Positions 34,560 through 46,600 of a stretch of DNA of 64,000 nucleotides are shown piece by piece. The first letter of the stretch is position 1. Each line of letters opens with the position of its first letter. The stretch is from Sedimentisphaerales bacterium (GTDB lineage Bacteria > Planctomycetota > Phycisphaerae > Sedimentisphaerales > Anaerobacaceae). The stretch lies in the NCBI GenBank assembly GCA_963708075.1, contig OY970194.1:6656001-6720000 (forward strand), given 5' to 3'. The position numbers and the translations under genes were made by a program. A model generated the notes under the pieces. It ran no database searches. It had not been told where the DNA came from and was given only the letters and a program-made list of their open reading frames with translations.

Positions 34560-35419
34560 GTGGGGGGTGGCCAGGGAAGGCCGGTTTCCGTATTTGTCGG
34601 CGGCTTGCGCCGGCGGCAGATGGTGCTTCTTTTCGCCTGCTGGTTGATCGAAGCAGTCCTTTGCGCCCTGTTCCTGCGAGGGGACAGCCGGCTTGTCGTA
34701 CCGACAATCCAAGCGGTTCCCGCCTCGCTCACGCCGGCATTCGCCACGAATGGGACCGGCGCCTTTTCCGCTCACCGCCTCGATGCCGGCGCCGGCTACC
34801 AGCCTGCTTTCTCTCTCGGCTGGAAAAATCTGCGCGCGAAAACGGGCGTCTCGGAGTCTTCAAAACGCCTTTACACAAAGTCATCAGAATTGACGACCTC
34901 CAAATGGAGTTTTACGAGCATGGCCGGAGCGGAGCCGAAGCGGCAGCTCCCCACACGGCCCGCCGACAGGATCCATCTACGGACGATGGAGCCCCCGACA
35001 TCGAGGCCCGGTTTACCGAGGTGTTCGATGCCTTCCGGAACGAGTTCCGACCGGAAACCCGCGGCATGATCATGGACAGTCCCTTTCCCATGGACATGAG
35101 CAATGTCTCGAAGGTGATCATCCGCGGCTTGGACTATCGTGTCCTTCGCGGCGGTCAACTGGAGCTGGGCATCCGGTGCCGCAGCGCCATTGCCTCGGGC
35201 TCCGAGATCGAGCTGCGGGGCGGAGTATTGATCCAGGTGGAGGGCAGAAAGCTCTTGAGCAACTACGTTTTGTGGGACATGGAGAGGAGTCAGTTCTCCG
35301 TGCCGGGTACCTATATTCTGGATCGCAACGGTGTGCCGGTCCGAGGGGACGGCATTCGCTGCGATCATCATCTGCAACCTTTGGGGACGCCAAAGGTTTA
35401 CAGCAAGAAAGGAGCATAG
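34560..35419 (+). CDS. Membrane-anchored hypothetical protein with an LptC-like C-terminal beta region (apparent frameshift near 34838; start uncertain)
   Basis: The TM segment in ORF 34560 joins ORF 34487 at ...WKNLR/ENGRLGVFKT. The C-terminus L.S..VLWD......VPG...GDGIRCD..L resembles LptC. Confidence 0.5.
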
Positions 35420-35421
35420 AA

Positions 35422-38400
35422 ATGGACAGGAGGTTCATCATTCTAACGATTGCTGCCACGATGTGTGTCGGCCAGCTTGCTTGGCGCAGGGAACGGACCC
35501 GAACCAGTTTGACTACACACTTCCGGCCATCGAGCAGTTCGCCTCGACGGGAACGCTCGCCGGCATGACGCAGGCGTACCAGACGCTCAATGAAGGCGTC
35601 AACGACCCGAATGTGACCGGGGACAGGAGGCAGCTCATCCTGCTGCACGTGGCGGCGCGCGCCGGAATGCTTGTGTTCGACACGGACAACGTGGCCGTCG
35701 ACACCAGCCTCCTGGAGGTCGTGCAGCCCCTGGGCATCACGATCACGGGCAACAAGTTCTTCTCGGCGGATCCGAATGATCCGGCGTTGATCGAGCTTGT
35801 CCTGCCGCTCGATCCCGAGGACCCGAACTGCCTGGTGATCCCGCCGGGGGCCGATGTAGAGGCCGCCGCCGGCGCGATCAATACGGAGATTCTGCCTGAG
35901 CTCGACAGCATTCTCGCCGAGCTGAACCAGGTCACGAATTCGCCGGCGTTCGTCATGACTCTGCCGGCCGCCCAGACGGGCCTGGAGGCGGACATCGAGG
36001 TGGACTGGGGCGACGTGCTGGCGCTGAGGACGGCGTTGCTGTCGCTCAAGACCCTCCTGTACGCTCTGGCCAGCCCGCCGTACGATCTGCAGATCGACCT
36101 GACCAATCCGATCTTCACCGGCTGGGAGTGCCAGATCCTGCCGGAGACCACAACCATCAACACGATCCTCAACGCATATCCCAACCTGCTTGAGATTCTC
36201 CCCGGCATCGGGACTGCCAGGTTGGCACAGACAAAAACAGATCTTCTTGCCGCGCTCGACGCCGGGATCGCCGCGCTCGACAGTATTCTCGCCGAGACGG
36301 ACGATCAGTCGAACGATTTGCTGATGATGGAGGCCGAAGACAGACCTCAGAATATAGCGCTCAGGACGGAATTGGTGAAGTTCCGGAATTCCCTGGCCAG
36401 TGGCACGGCTGCCACGTACACATTTGGGTCCAGCCAGACGTTCAACCTCAACGAGGGTGCAGTTGTCATTGGCCAGCTTCGATTGGAGTTCGAGCCGTTC
36501 AGCCAGGAGGGCACCGGCTGGGTCTCCGTGCCGGAGACGGAAGGATCCCCCGCGTTCTGGGACATCGAACAGTTTTCCGTCGAGGGCACTACGATTCAGG
36601 GCGACATCAGTGGCAGTACCGGCATGGACTTCTTTACAGGCTCGTTTGACGGTACGATCTCGGCTGATGGAAGCCAAATCACCAATATGACCGTCCAATG
36701 GACGTCGCTCAGCAGCAGTGACACGATCACCGGCCTTTCGGCAATCCGGACACTCAACGAACCGGTCAACGTGCTGTTCAATCCCGGCCCGATTTTCGCC
36801 GGCACGATCAGCCCGAGAGACGCGCTGCCACAGTTTGACCCGAACGGCCAAGCGATTCCCGGCACCATGGGTCACGGCGTCAACAACGACGCTACGCTGG
36901 CCGGAGTCTTCCCCGGACTGACCCAGCAGGACTGGTTCCCGTTTGGTTTCGAGCTCTGGGGCGGCAACACGAACTTTATCGAGGATCCCAGGGCCGACTT
37001 CATTTTCAGGAACATCGACCAATTCGGGTACGTGAGACTGGGCCAGTCGAACGGAGGCAACCTGACCGGCTCGGGCAACTTCCAGTACTACGTGATTGTC
37101 GCCCGGGCGCGACCCTGGCGGACAGCGTCAGGGGCTCGACCGGCGACTTCTACAATGGATCGCTCTTCACAGGCACCGTGGAGAATCCGGAGAACATCCT
37201 CGGGGCTCCCGACAACCAGTTTGCCACGATAGGCGACACCGAGTTCCTCAACCTGGGCGGTGATTCCTTCTCTGGCTTTGTCGTGCTGACCAATCCGGGC
37301 GGTTGGACAAATGTGACGGTCATCACCGGCGGGGCCCAGACTCTCGTGACGGCCACCGTCACCCCCGGCGAGCTCGCCGCCAGCGGCACGGCCACCAGCA
37401 CCATCACGATCACCGTCCGGGATTCGTTCGGCAACGCGGTCGCGGGGATCGAGCCCAACCAGATTGTCGTTTCCACCACTCCCGCCGGCGCCACGATCGT
37501 TCAACCCACTACGGCCACGAATGCCGGCGGCCAGACGACGGCCCGAATCGCGAGCACTGAGGTCGGCACGCGGCGCATCAACGTGGAGCTGGACGGTGTG
37601 ATGTTCAGCGAGGCGGCCTCGGTCGTCTTCACGGCGGGCGCGGCTAATAAGCTCGTCTTCATCACACAGCCGGAAGGACCCTACGTCGCCGGCGAAGAGA
37701 TCACTCCGGCTCCCGTGGTCGCCGTAGAGGATGCACAGGGTAATATCATCACCACGAGCGCTGCAGCGGTCATTATGGCCATCGGAACCAATCCGGGCGG
37801 TGGCACACTCTCCGGAACGACGCAACACGCGGCGGTGGGCGGTGCAGCCACGTTCCCGGACCTGAGCATCAACAAGGCCGGTGCCGGTTATACCCTGCAG
37901 GCCACCTCACTGGGCCTGACGTCGGCGGTGAGCGAGCCATTCGATGTCACTGCCGACGTTTCTACCGCTCGCCTGGTCTTCACCACGCAGCCGGCGAATT
38001 CTGCTGCACTGGGGGCGCTGATCGGTCCTCCGGTGGTGACGATACAGGATGCGTTCGGCAATACCGTGACGACTCTCGATCCGCTGGTAACCCTGGCCAT
38101 CAAGGCAGGCACCGGGGCCGAGGGCGCCGACCTGATAGGCGATGACTCTGTGACCGCCACCGATGGCGTCGCCACGTTCAACAACGTGAGAATCACCGGG
38201 GCCGGAACCGGTTTTCAGTTGACGGCCACCGCCACGGACATCACTGGATCGGTGGATAGCCAGGCGTTCAATATCCTCATCCAGCCGGCGATGACGATCG
38301 AGAAGACCGATGATTCCGATCCCGTCGATCCGAATGATGAAGTGGAGTACACGATCACATATGGCAACGAAGGCCTCGCTGACGGCGCCAACGTCGTCAT

Positions 38401-40714
38401 TCGGGAGACACTGCCGGCCGGACTGGAGTTTGTCAGTGCCGGCGAAGATGGTGTCTTCAGCGCCGGGACGATCACGTGGAACGTAGGCACTGTCGCGGCC
38501 GACACAAGCGGCCTGACGGTGAGCTTCGTCGCCCGCGTCACCGACTCCGTGGCCGACGGCGGCGTAATCACCAATAGCAACCTCACCATTGCCGCTGCGG
38601 GCCTGCAACCCGTCGGACAGGTGACGCCGGAGACTACGACGGTGAATGATAGAAGGGCGCCGCAGGTTTCCGGACAGATTCCCGAGCCCAACTCCATCTC
38701 TGCCGCACGGGATACGATCATCCGGGTCCATGTGACGGACCCCGGCTCGGGTGTAGACAGTGAAAGTGTCCTGATCTTCGTCGAAGGGGATCTCATCTAT
38801 GACGGCTCGGCGGAGACATCAGACGGTGAATACGATACCACCGGTGACGAGCAAGCCGTTCGGGGCATCACTCGGCGGACCGGAGATCCCAATGATCTCA
38901 CCTTCACCTTCCTGCCCTCGACCCGGTTTGAATACGAGCAACAGGTGGACGTCACCGTCGAAGCGGCGGACTTGGAAGGCAACGGGAACACGGTGAGTTA
39001 CTCCTTCTTCACGCAGATGCGAACGTTTGGCGCCAACGTGAAGGTGAACAGCGATACAGGTGCGGCGATCCAGGACAATCCGGCCGTTGCCGTAGAGCCC
39101 AACGGGACGATCTGGGTGGTCTGGGATCAGCGAGCCACCTCGACCTCGGACGCAGACGTCTACATCGCCAGGTTGCCGGCCGACGGAAGTGCCTTTGAGC
39201 CGTCGGTCCTGATCTACAACAACAGCCTGAATCAGGCGAACCCTGCGATTGCGATTGATGCTGCCGGCAGGTTGTATGTGGCCTGGGAACAGTCAAGTGC
39301 CACAGATCCCAACCGCTTCATCATGCTGGCCACCTCAACCGACGGTGAAACCTGGGTCTCCGATCCGAACAACCCGCCGTTGAGGGTCGATCCCGCTCCG
39401 CCGGAGCCAAACACGGTGGTCGTGGCGCGCAACCCGTCCATGGCCGTGGCTGAAGGCGATCGGGTGTACATTGCCTGGGAGGAAACGAGGAACAGCGGCG
39501 ACAGTGATATCTGGCTGAGAAGCTTCCACGCGGTGGCTGGATTGGCGGCCGCCACGCAGATCACCACGGATACCGCCAATCAGACCGAGCCGGTCGTGGG
39601 GATAGATTCCAACGGCGTGGTGTACGTGGTCTGGACTGACGCGCGAAACGCCGGGACGACGGGGACGGATATCTTCATTGCACAATCCACCATTGGGCCG
39701 TGGACGAATACCCCGGTTGTCAATACGCCGGGCAATCAGAGCAGTCCCACGCTGGCGCTAGCCACACAGGTGCATATTGCCTGGGTCGACGCCAATGACC
39801 TGATGGAGACCTTCCTTGGGTCGGAGACGCCGGTAAGCATCCTCGATCCGTGTGAGCCGGGTGCTCTGCCGCAGTTGCCAGGCATGGCGGCGGTGGAGAC
39901 GGATGCTAACGACAGAGTATTTGTGACCTGGGTGGACAGCCGCGATGTAATCGGTGCCAATAATGACACGGATATCTACTTTGTCGAGGGCGCCTTGCGC
40001 TTCGGGACCAACATCCTCGTCAACGACGACACGGGGGCAAGCAGACAGACCAAGCCCGCGATCGGCGTGGACGCCGAGGGCGAGCCGTTCATCGTCTGGG
40101 TGGATAACAGGAACGGCAACGACGATATCTTCTTCGCCGGTGCCACCGCGATTCGTCCGCTGGGGGTCGTGGCGGAGCCCAACCGCGTGACGGTGCCTGA
40201 CGTGCCTGACCTGGAGGTGATCATTCCGCCCGGCGCTCTGCCGGAGGGGATTGATGCCAACGACATCACTATCGCGGAAGTCACGAATCCGCCGCAGCCT
40301 CCTTTGACCGCGTTTGGCGTGGCCTACGATTTCGGGCCGAGCGGTGTTGTGTTCGAGGAGCCGGTGACGCTCAGGATCCCGCTGCCCGATGATGCTCCGT
40401 TGTTCCCCATCTACTTCGTTTCCCGCTACGATGCGGGTACCGGGACTTGGACTCAGGAGGGGATTCATAACCCCGCCAGGAGAGTTGACGGGCCCGAGGG
40501 CTCGTTCCTGGAGGTCCAGGTCGATCACTTCACCCTGTTCATCGTGAGCGGTGGAGCGGTGTCCGACGACGACGGCGGTGGGTGCGCGCTGTCACCCTGG
40601 AGCAACGCGGGGCCGGTGGACTTTATTGTGCCGTTTGCCGCGCTCGCCCTGGTTCTGCTCATGTGCAGCATCGTGGGCGGATTGCGGCGTCGTTCCGGCG
40701 GGACACGGGAGTGA
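35422..40714 (+). CDS. Large (~1,760 aa) cell-surface protein: invasin/Big_1-like, DUF11, propeller-like repeats, ZU5-like domain and a Cys-containing C-terminal sorting signal (frameshifts near 35472 and 37103)
   Basis: RBS AAGGAG and signal peptide MDRRFIILTIAA; ITVRDSFGN; KLVF.TQP repeats; IEKTDD.DPV...VEYTITYGN (DUF11); NPAIA.D repeats; IPPGAL...FGPSG..F..PVTL; tail GGGCALS-TM-RRR. Confidence 0.8.
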
Positions 40715-41023
40715 TGAGGTCTTGCGTGCAAGGTAACGCTATCAGCAAATTCAAGATGCGGACAGGTGTGTGGCGGATTGCCTTGGGCTCTGCTCGCGGG
40801 CAAAGCCACACATCTTTCCGCTGAAGGCATCACTTGTTCGGGCTGTGGCCTATGACCACGGCCCGAACCGTATTCGCGGGCACCCCACGCTCCGCAAGGA
40901 GTCCTCACGGAATCCCGTACCTCATCTGATGCAACGGATAACCCCGCGAAATGTGCACCGGTAGACTCAGCCCATCCCAACCACCATCCATCCTTCCTCT
41001 CCCCTCGAAATGCACACTAAGAA

Positions 41024-41094
41024 AGCGGGTGGCGGGAATCGGACCCGCGTAGCCAGCTTGGAAGGCTGGTGCTTTACCCCTAAGCTACACCCGC
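41024..41094 (-). tRNA. tRNA-Gly (TCC), CCA not encoded
   Basis: Cloverleaf: acceptor GCGGGTG/CACCCGC, D stem GCTT/AAGC, anticodon stem CCAGC/GCTGG with loop CTTCCAA, T stem GCGGG/CCCGC, discriminator T. Confidence 0.93.
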
Positions 41095-41095
41095 A

Positions 41096-41123
41096 TTGAT
41101 TTTTCGTATTGAGAGCTTATAAT
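41096..41123 (+). promoter_or_regulatory. Possible sigma70 promoter for proA
   Basis: TTGATT-N16-TATAAT. Confidence 0.45.
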
Positions 41124-41166
41124 TACCTCTTTCTACGGAAAGTCAGGTTAAATGGTGCAGGTGCAG

Positions 41167-42462
41167 ATGTCAAGGAAAATGAAAATCTCTGAGCGTGCGG
41201 CGGCGGCGAAGGCGGCGTCGATTCGGCTGGCGGCGGTCAAAACGGAAGTGAAAAACGACGCGTTGAACGAGATCGCCAAGGCCCTGCAGGAGCACTCTGC
41301 CGAGATTCTCCAGGCCAACCAGCAGGACCTGGACGCCGCCCGGCAAAGCAACCTCGCAGCCCCGCTGCTCAAGCGGCTGAAATTCGACGAAAGCAAGCTC
41401 GCCGACGTCTGTGCCGGCATCCACAGCCTCATCAAGCTGCCCGACCCCGTCGGCAAAACCCTCTCCGCCATCGAGCTCGACGAAGGCCTCGAGCTCTACC
41501 GCGTCTCCTGCCCGATCGGCGTCATCGGCGTGGTCTTCGAGTCCCGCCCGGACGCCCTCGTGCAAATCTCCACCCTGTGCCTCAAGAGCGGCAACGCCGT
41601 CCTGCTCAAAGGCGGCAGCGAGGCCGCCCACACCAACCGCATCCTCGCCGACACCATCGCCCTCGCCGGCCATGCCGCAGGCCTGCCCGAAGGCTGGATC
41701 CAGCTCCTCGAAACCCGCCAGGACGTCGCCGACATGCTCGCCCTCGACGACCAGATCGACCTGATCATCCCCCGCGGCTCCAACGAATTCGTCCGCCACA
41801 TCATGCACAGCACGAGCATCCCCGTCCTCGGCCACGCCGACGGCCTCTGCCACGTCTACATCCACGCCGACGCCGACCTCGACATGGCCGTCCGCATCAC
41901 CGTCGACTCCAAGTGCCAGTACGTCGCCGTCTGCAACGCCGCCGAGACCCTCCTCGTCGACGACAAAATCGCCGGCCTCTTCCTCCCCGCCGTCCAGAAG
42001 GCCCTCAGCGAGTGCCACTGCCGACTCAAAGGCGACGACCGCACCCGCGCCATCATCGACGTCGAGCCCGCCACGGAGGAAGACTGGTCCACCGAGTACC
42101 TGGACTACACCCTCTCGATCAAGGTCGTGGATGGCCTCGACGCCGCCATCGACCACATCAATCGTTACGGCTCGCGACACACCGACTCCATCGTCACCGC
42201 CTCGCGCGAGACGGCCGAGCGCTTCATGAACCTCGTCGATTCCGCCGACGTCTTCTGGAACTGCTCCACCCGTTTCAGCGACGGCTACCGCTACGGCTTA
42301 GGCGCCGAAGTTGGCATCAGCACCAACAAAATCCACGCCCGAGGCCCCGTAGGCCTCGACGGCCTCCTGATCTACAAATGGAAGCTCTACGGAAAGGGTC
42401 AGATAGTCGCGGATTATACGGGTCCTAATGCGCGTAAGTTTACGCACAAAAAGCTACGTTAG
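41167..42462 (+). CDS. proA: Gamma-glutamyl phosphate reductase
   Basis: PIGVIGVVFESRP, KSGNAVLLKGGSEA, IIPRG, VCNAAETLL and NCSTRFSDG..YGLGAEVGIST.KIHARGPVGL. Confidence 0.97.
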   Translation: MSRKMKISERAAAAKAASIRLAAVKTEVKNDALNEIAKALQEHSAEILQANQQDLDAARQSNLAAPLLKRLKFDESKLADVCAGIHSLIKLPDPVGKTLSAIELDEGLELYRVSCPIGVIGVVFESRPDALVQISTLCLKSGNAVLLKGGSEAAHTNRILADTIALAGHAAGLPEGWIQLLETRQDVADMLALDDQIDLIIPRGSNEFVRHIMHSTSIPVLGHADGLCHVYIHADADLDMAVRITVDSKCQYVAVCNAAETLLVDDKIAGLFLPAVQKALSECHCRLKGDDRTRAIIDVEPATEEDWSTEYLDYTLSIKVVDGLDAAIDHINRYGSRHTDSIVTASRETAERFMNLVDSADVFWNCSTRFSDGYRYGLGAEVGISTNKIHARGPVGLDGLLIYKWKLYGKGQIVADYTGPNARKFTHKKLR

Positions 42463-42537
42463 CGGCGCTTCGGTGATAAGTCTTGGGTACTTCTGTCACC
42501 CTATAGATGGGCGGTATAGGTCGGTAGGAATTGCACG

Positions 42538-43497
42538 TTGAAGACATTGCATGAATGGCTTGAGGAGCAAGAGGCGGCGATAGCGCCGATGTTGGCACGA
42601 CAAGAGCGTGCCAAGCAACTCAAGGCCGAGGTACCTCCGGCTTGGCTATTCGTGGGGATGTGCGGGGTTGCCTGGGAAGACGGGTTGTTTGAGATCAAGC
42701 CTGGATTTCTTTCGCTGCGAAGTGTGGAGAATGCGCCTGACATCATGGACGTGTGTGCCGCTGCCGATTTTCAGAAGACCGACTCTCTCAGTGTCGGTCG
42801 CTATTCTACAGCGATCCGTGCAGAACTCGTGGTCGGAGGGCCTTCCGCTGAAGAGAAATACAACTCCGCCCGCTTTCTCCATACTCTTGCCTGGCGCGTC
42901 GCTGCGTTACTCAAGTTGCGGGGTTATTCCGCACTGGTATGTCCAGCGTCGGCTACCATTTCCTGGGATACAATCGCAGCCGCACCCAGCCATTCCGTAT
43001 GCTTCCACGTGCTTGACGACATTCCCAGATCCATCTCACTTTCCGACAAGAAGGTCGTTGTATCCAGAGATGATCTCGAATGGGTAAGCAATCATCTTGA
43101 TGCAGCGTTGCATCTCGGACACGAATCAGTATCGAGGAGGTTCGATCTTGCGTTCAACCTCGCGTACACATGGAATCACACGAGTGATGCTCGTGTAGCG
43201 ATTGCGAACCTCTGGTGTGCACTGGAGGCTCTTTTCGGGTGTGAAGATGACCGGCCGGTTACTCAGAAACTCGTCCAGCGGATTGTAGATTGGCTACCGG
43301 GCACCAGTACTGAAGACATAAGAGGTCTCTATGATCACAGATGTGATGCGGTACATGGGCGATGCCTGAACCAGGAGAAGATTGAATACATTCTCGGTGG
43401 ATCGCTGTCTTGTCTCCGAGCAAGCCTCATAAAGTGCATTGAGGGAAGGACGAAGCCTTTGCCTGATTGGAATGGACATGAGATAGGCCAGGACTGA
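42538..43497 (+). CDS. Apea-like HEPN domain protein (putative RNase)
   Basis: LWCALEALF followed by LYDHRCDAVHG (R-x4-H); visibly lower GC than the flanking genes. Confidence 0.75.
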   Translation: MKTLHEWLEEQEAAIAPMLARQERAKQLKAEVPPAWLFVGMCGVAWEDGLFEIKPGFLSLRSVENAPDIMDVCAAADFQKTDSLSVGRYSTAIRAELVVGGPSAEEKYNSARFLHTLAWRVAALLKLRGYSALVCPASATISWDTIAAAPSHSVCFHVLDDIPRSISLSDKKVVVSRDDLEWVSNHLDAALHLGHESVSRRFDLAFNLAYTWNHTSDARVAIANLWCALEALFGCEDDRPVTQKLVQRIVDWLPGTSTEDIRGLYDHRCDAVHGRCLNQEKIEYILGGSLSCLRASLIKCIEGRTKPLPDWNGHEIGQD

Positions 43498-43674
43498 CCC
43501 GGCGGGTGCCATGCCTACGTTCGCGCAGGCATGCTCTATGTGCACAGTTCAAACCACGAAGAACACCGAGAAGAATAGGCGCGGGAAATTAGGGCCTATG
43601 TATATCTTTTATACCCGGTGTGAAATGTGTAGGTGTGACCCTCGGTTCCCGGTGAATTTCAATGAGTCCTTAAG

Positions 43675-46600
43675 TCAGACCGTAAGCATTCCTCGGGTGC
43701 GCAGCTTCTTGATCCTGTTCAGTGCGTCCTGAATTTGGTCCTTCAGGTCCAGGACTCTGGGCTTGTCGCCTCCTTCTCTCGGTTGGCTCCAGTCGAGGTC
43801 TTTACATCGGGCCAGAGTCCTGACAAAACGAACGAGCGAGTGCAGTTCCAACATGCAGTGCTGATAATCGAAGATCTGAGAACCGAGAAAATGCGTTCGC
43901 AAAGAAGGTCCTCCTTAAGTCAGAGAAAGTGATGTCCGACAGCATCCTGGGTGTCTCATAGCGTCTCTCCGGTAGGTTCAAACACCTCGAATCCCCATAG
44001 AGCGTGTAGAACTCCTCCACGGTCGGCACGCCCGCGCACTGAAAGGCACGCTCGCAGATCTTCTGGCTCGCCATCAGGCTGTTGACCAGATCGATGCCAA
44101 GCTCTGTGTTCTCAGAGCCCTTCGTCATAATCAGATGCCAATCACCCCAGCAGGAGACATGTTTTGCCGCATCGCCGAACTCCAGAAAATGAGAAAGACT
44201 GATCGGGATCGGCATGATCCCAAGCTCCGCTCGTCGATTTTGCCAGAGGAACGGGGAACTCTCATTCCCTCGCGCGGCCAGATCATTCCGGGACGCGGAT
44301 TTCTTTTCCGCTCCTGGCGCCGCTGAATCATCCGGGGACGTGGATTTCTTCTCCGCCGTGAGCAGATCGACCAGGGTCGAGTACCACTGGCGGGCAAAGA
44401 CCCAATCGTTGCCCCTGCGCGTGGTCTTATTGCGACCCACGCTATACTCGTTGGCGAAATGAGCAACATCCAATGTTGAATCACCAGGGATGATTCCCTT
44501 GTGCAACATGACGGTCAATAAATAAAGGGCCTGAAACAACTTGTGTTTCGTCTTCTCCTCATCCTCGATGTCGTAGTCCGCCCCTATCTTAAGGCTACCG
44601 CCGCAACCCCATAAGAACTCCAACATAGTACAGAGCAGAGTATCCAGGGTCTGCGTTTCTATGACAAAATGACGCTTCGATGGTTCTGTTGGACTTGAGG
44701 CTCCTCTTCGGTCCCCCGTACTCATCAACTGAAGAAGCGTGGTCATCTCCTCCCAGGTCTGGAGCGGTCCCTGGGACAACAGCTTTCTGTCGAGGTACTG
44801 TTTGAGGTTCGTCTCAAGAAGATGGCGGACTCGCTCTTCCACGCCCTGGGCCTGGAACTTGGAGTACAGGTCTTGGGTCGGTTTATCGTACAGCGAAAGC
44901 ATCTTGTGTAGGGAGAGGACACCCTGAACGTAGTCGTTGAACTTCTCCCCGGCCTTGCCGTCTTTCCAGAGGTTCCGCTTGATGTACGGCCTGAGGAGGT
45001 CATCGCGATAGACGATGAAACTGACATTGGCGTTGTATGGAATCGAGATCAACGATCTGGCATCGCGCATAGCGAAGAGCAGTCCCGGCCGATGCATCGG
45101 TCGCTTGTTGTCCGGCGACAGCTCTTCCAATTCCTTGATGATCGTGCTCCGCCGCTCGCCGAACAGGCGGATTCTGTCTTCAGGTATGTCGCTCAGGAAA
45201 TGGTACGTGTTCCGCTTCTTCAAGATGAGATGATAAGTCGTCATCAAGCGGTACAGCGCCTGGTGAGATCTCTCTTGGGTACACAGGCTCCAGAGGTCTT
45301 TCATGGATTCAGGCTTCCCAAGCTCGCCGCACTGGGTCCCCGACAGCATCTCCGGCAATTTGGTAAACAGCGCTTTCAAAACCACGTATGTCTTCTTTGC
45401 GAGCGACTGACGTATAGTGCTCAGTTCCCTTAACTTGTTCGTCTCGTCTTCTTCTTCCTGCCTCTTGGGCGACTCCTTGTCTTCGCTCAGTTTACTGGTC
45501 GCCCCCTCTGTGCTCATCCCTTTCAACTTCTCTCGGATCGCATCTTCTCCCTTGGAGAGGACAAAGTCGATGTAGCTCCAGAACTCCACTCTGCATTCGC
45601 AGCCCAAGTGCCTGTCCAGAATCTCGCGTATTTTCCCTGCCTCCGTCTTCTCGCGACAATCCAGGAGCTCTTTCTTGAGCCTGCGTCTGGCACCTTCCGA
45701 TTTCATCCAGGGCATCGTCTCGTCCAGAGCTTCCAGCACCTCAGAAGGATCTTCTCGCCGCTGTGACAGTATCTGGCTGATCTGCTCGGCCCGCCTATTG
45801 AGCATCTCTTGGTCCGAGCTGCTCGGCCCGTCATAGGCCGCGCTCTCCAGCTCGTTCATCCATTGTTTCACATTGGCCGGGGGCTCCCCATTCATATTCA
45901 GCAGCGCTCGCACCGCGCTGCTCTGGCAGCATCCGGCTTCATCAATAGATTTCGACATCCGGTCCAGAATGGACTCGATCTCCTTCGCTTCCTCAGGATC
46001 CACGGTGTACTTTGAGAAAGGCTTGGCACCTGTCTGCGTCCCAGGGTCATGTTCAGCCTGCTTGCCTTTCTTTGACATCCGCGTGATTACGTACGGAAGC
46101 ACTTGTTGATTCTCCTTCGCAATCTGCCTGAGCACCCACCAGCAGAACCGGCAGAAGAAGCATTTCATACAGTTGCTTCTCCTCGACAACGACGCAAAGG
46201 CAATCAGCACCTCCTTCAGCACGATGGCCTCGTTCGGCTCCAAAATGTCGTTCAAACACTGCACCAAAGTGTCGGGACGGCCCATCAAAGACTTGTGCAT
46301 CGCACTGATGAGTTTGGCCACATCCTCAGGGTTCTTGTCCGGGCCTCCGACGCTGTCCTCGACGCCCTCGGCCACAGCGCGCCTCCAGCACAATTCGCCG
46401 TACCAGTTGACCCAGTAGTTATCGAAGCTCGACACATACAGATCGGTTCGACTGGGAACGTACCGCGACCGACGCTGGTTCATATAGATCCGCTGGAGAC
46501 TGCTGCGGTCGAAGTCCTCGTACCTCAACGCCGGGTACAGCTCCGGCAGGTCCTCTCTGAAGAACGTATCCCATACCTGTTTCTGTTGTGCGTTCTCCGT

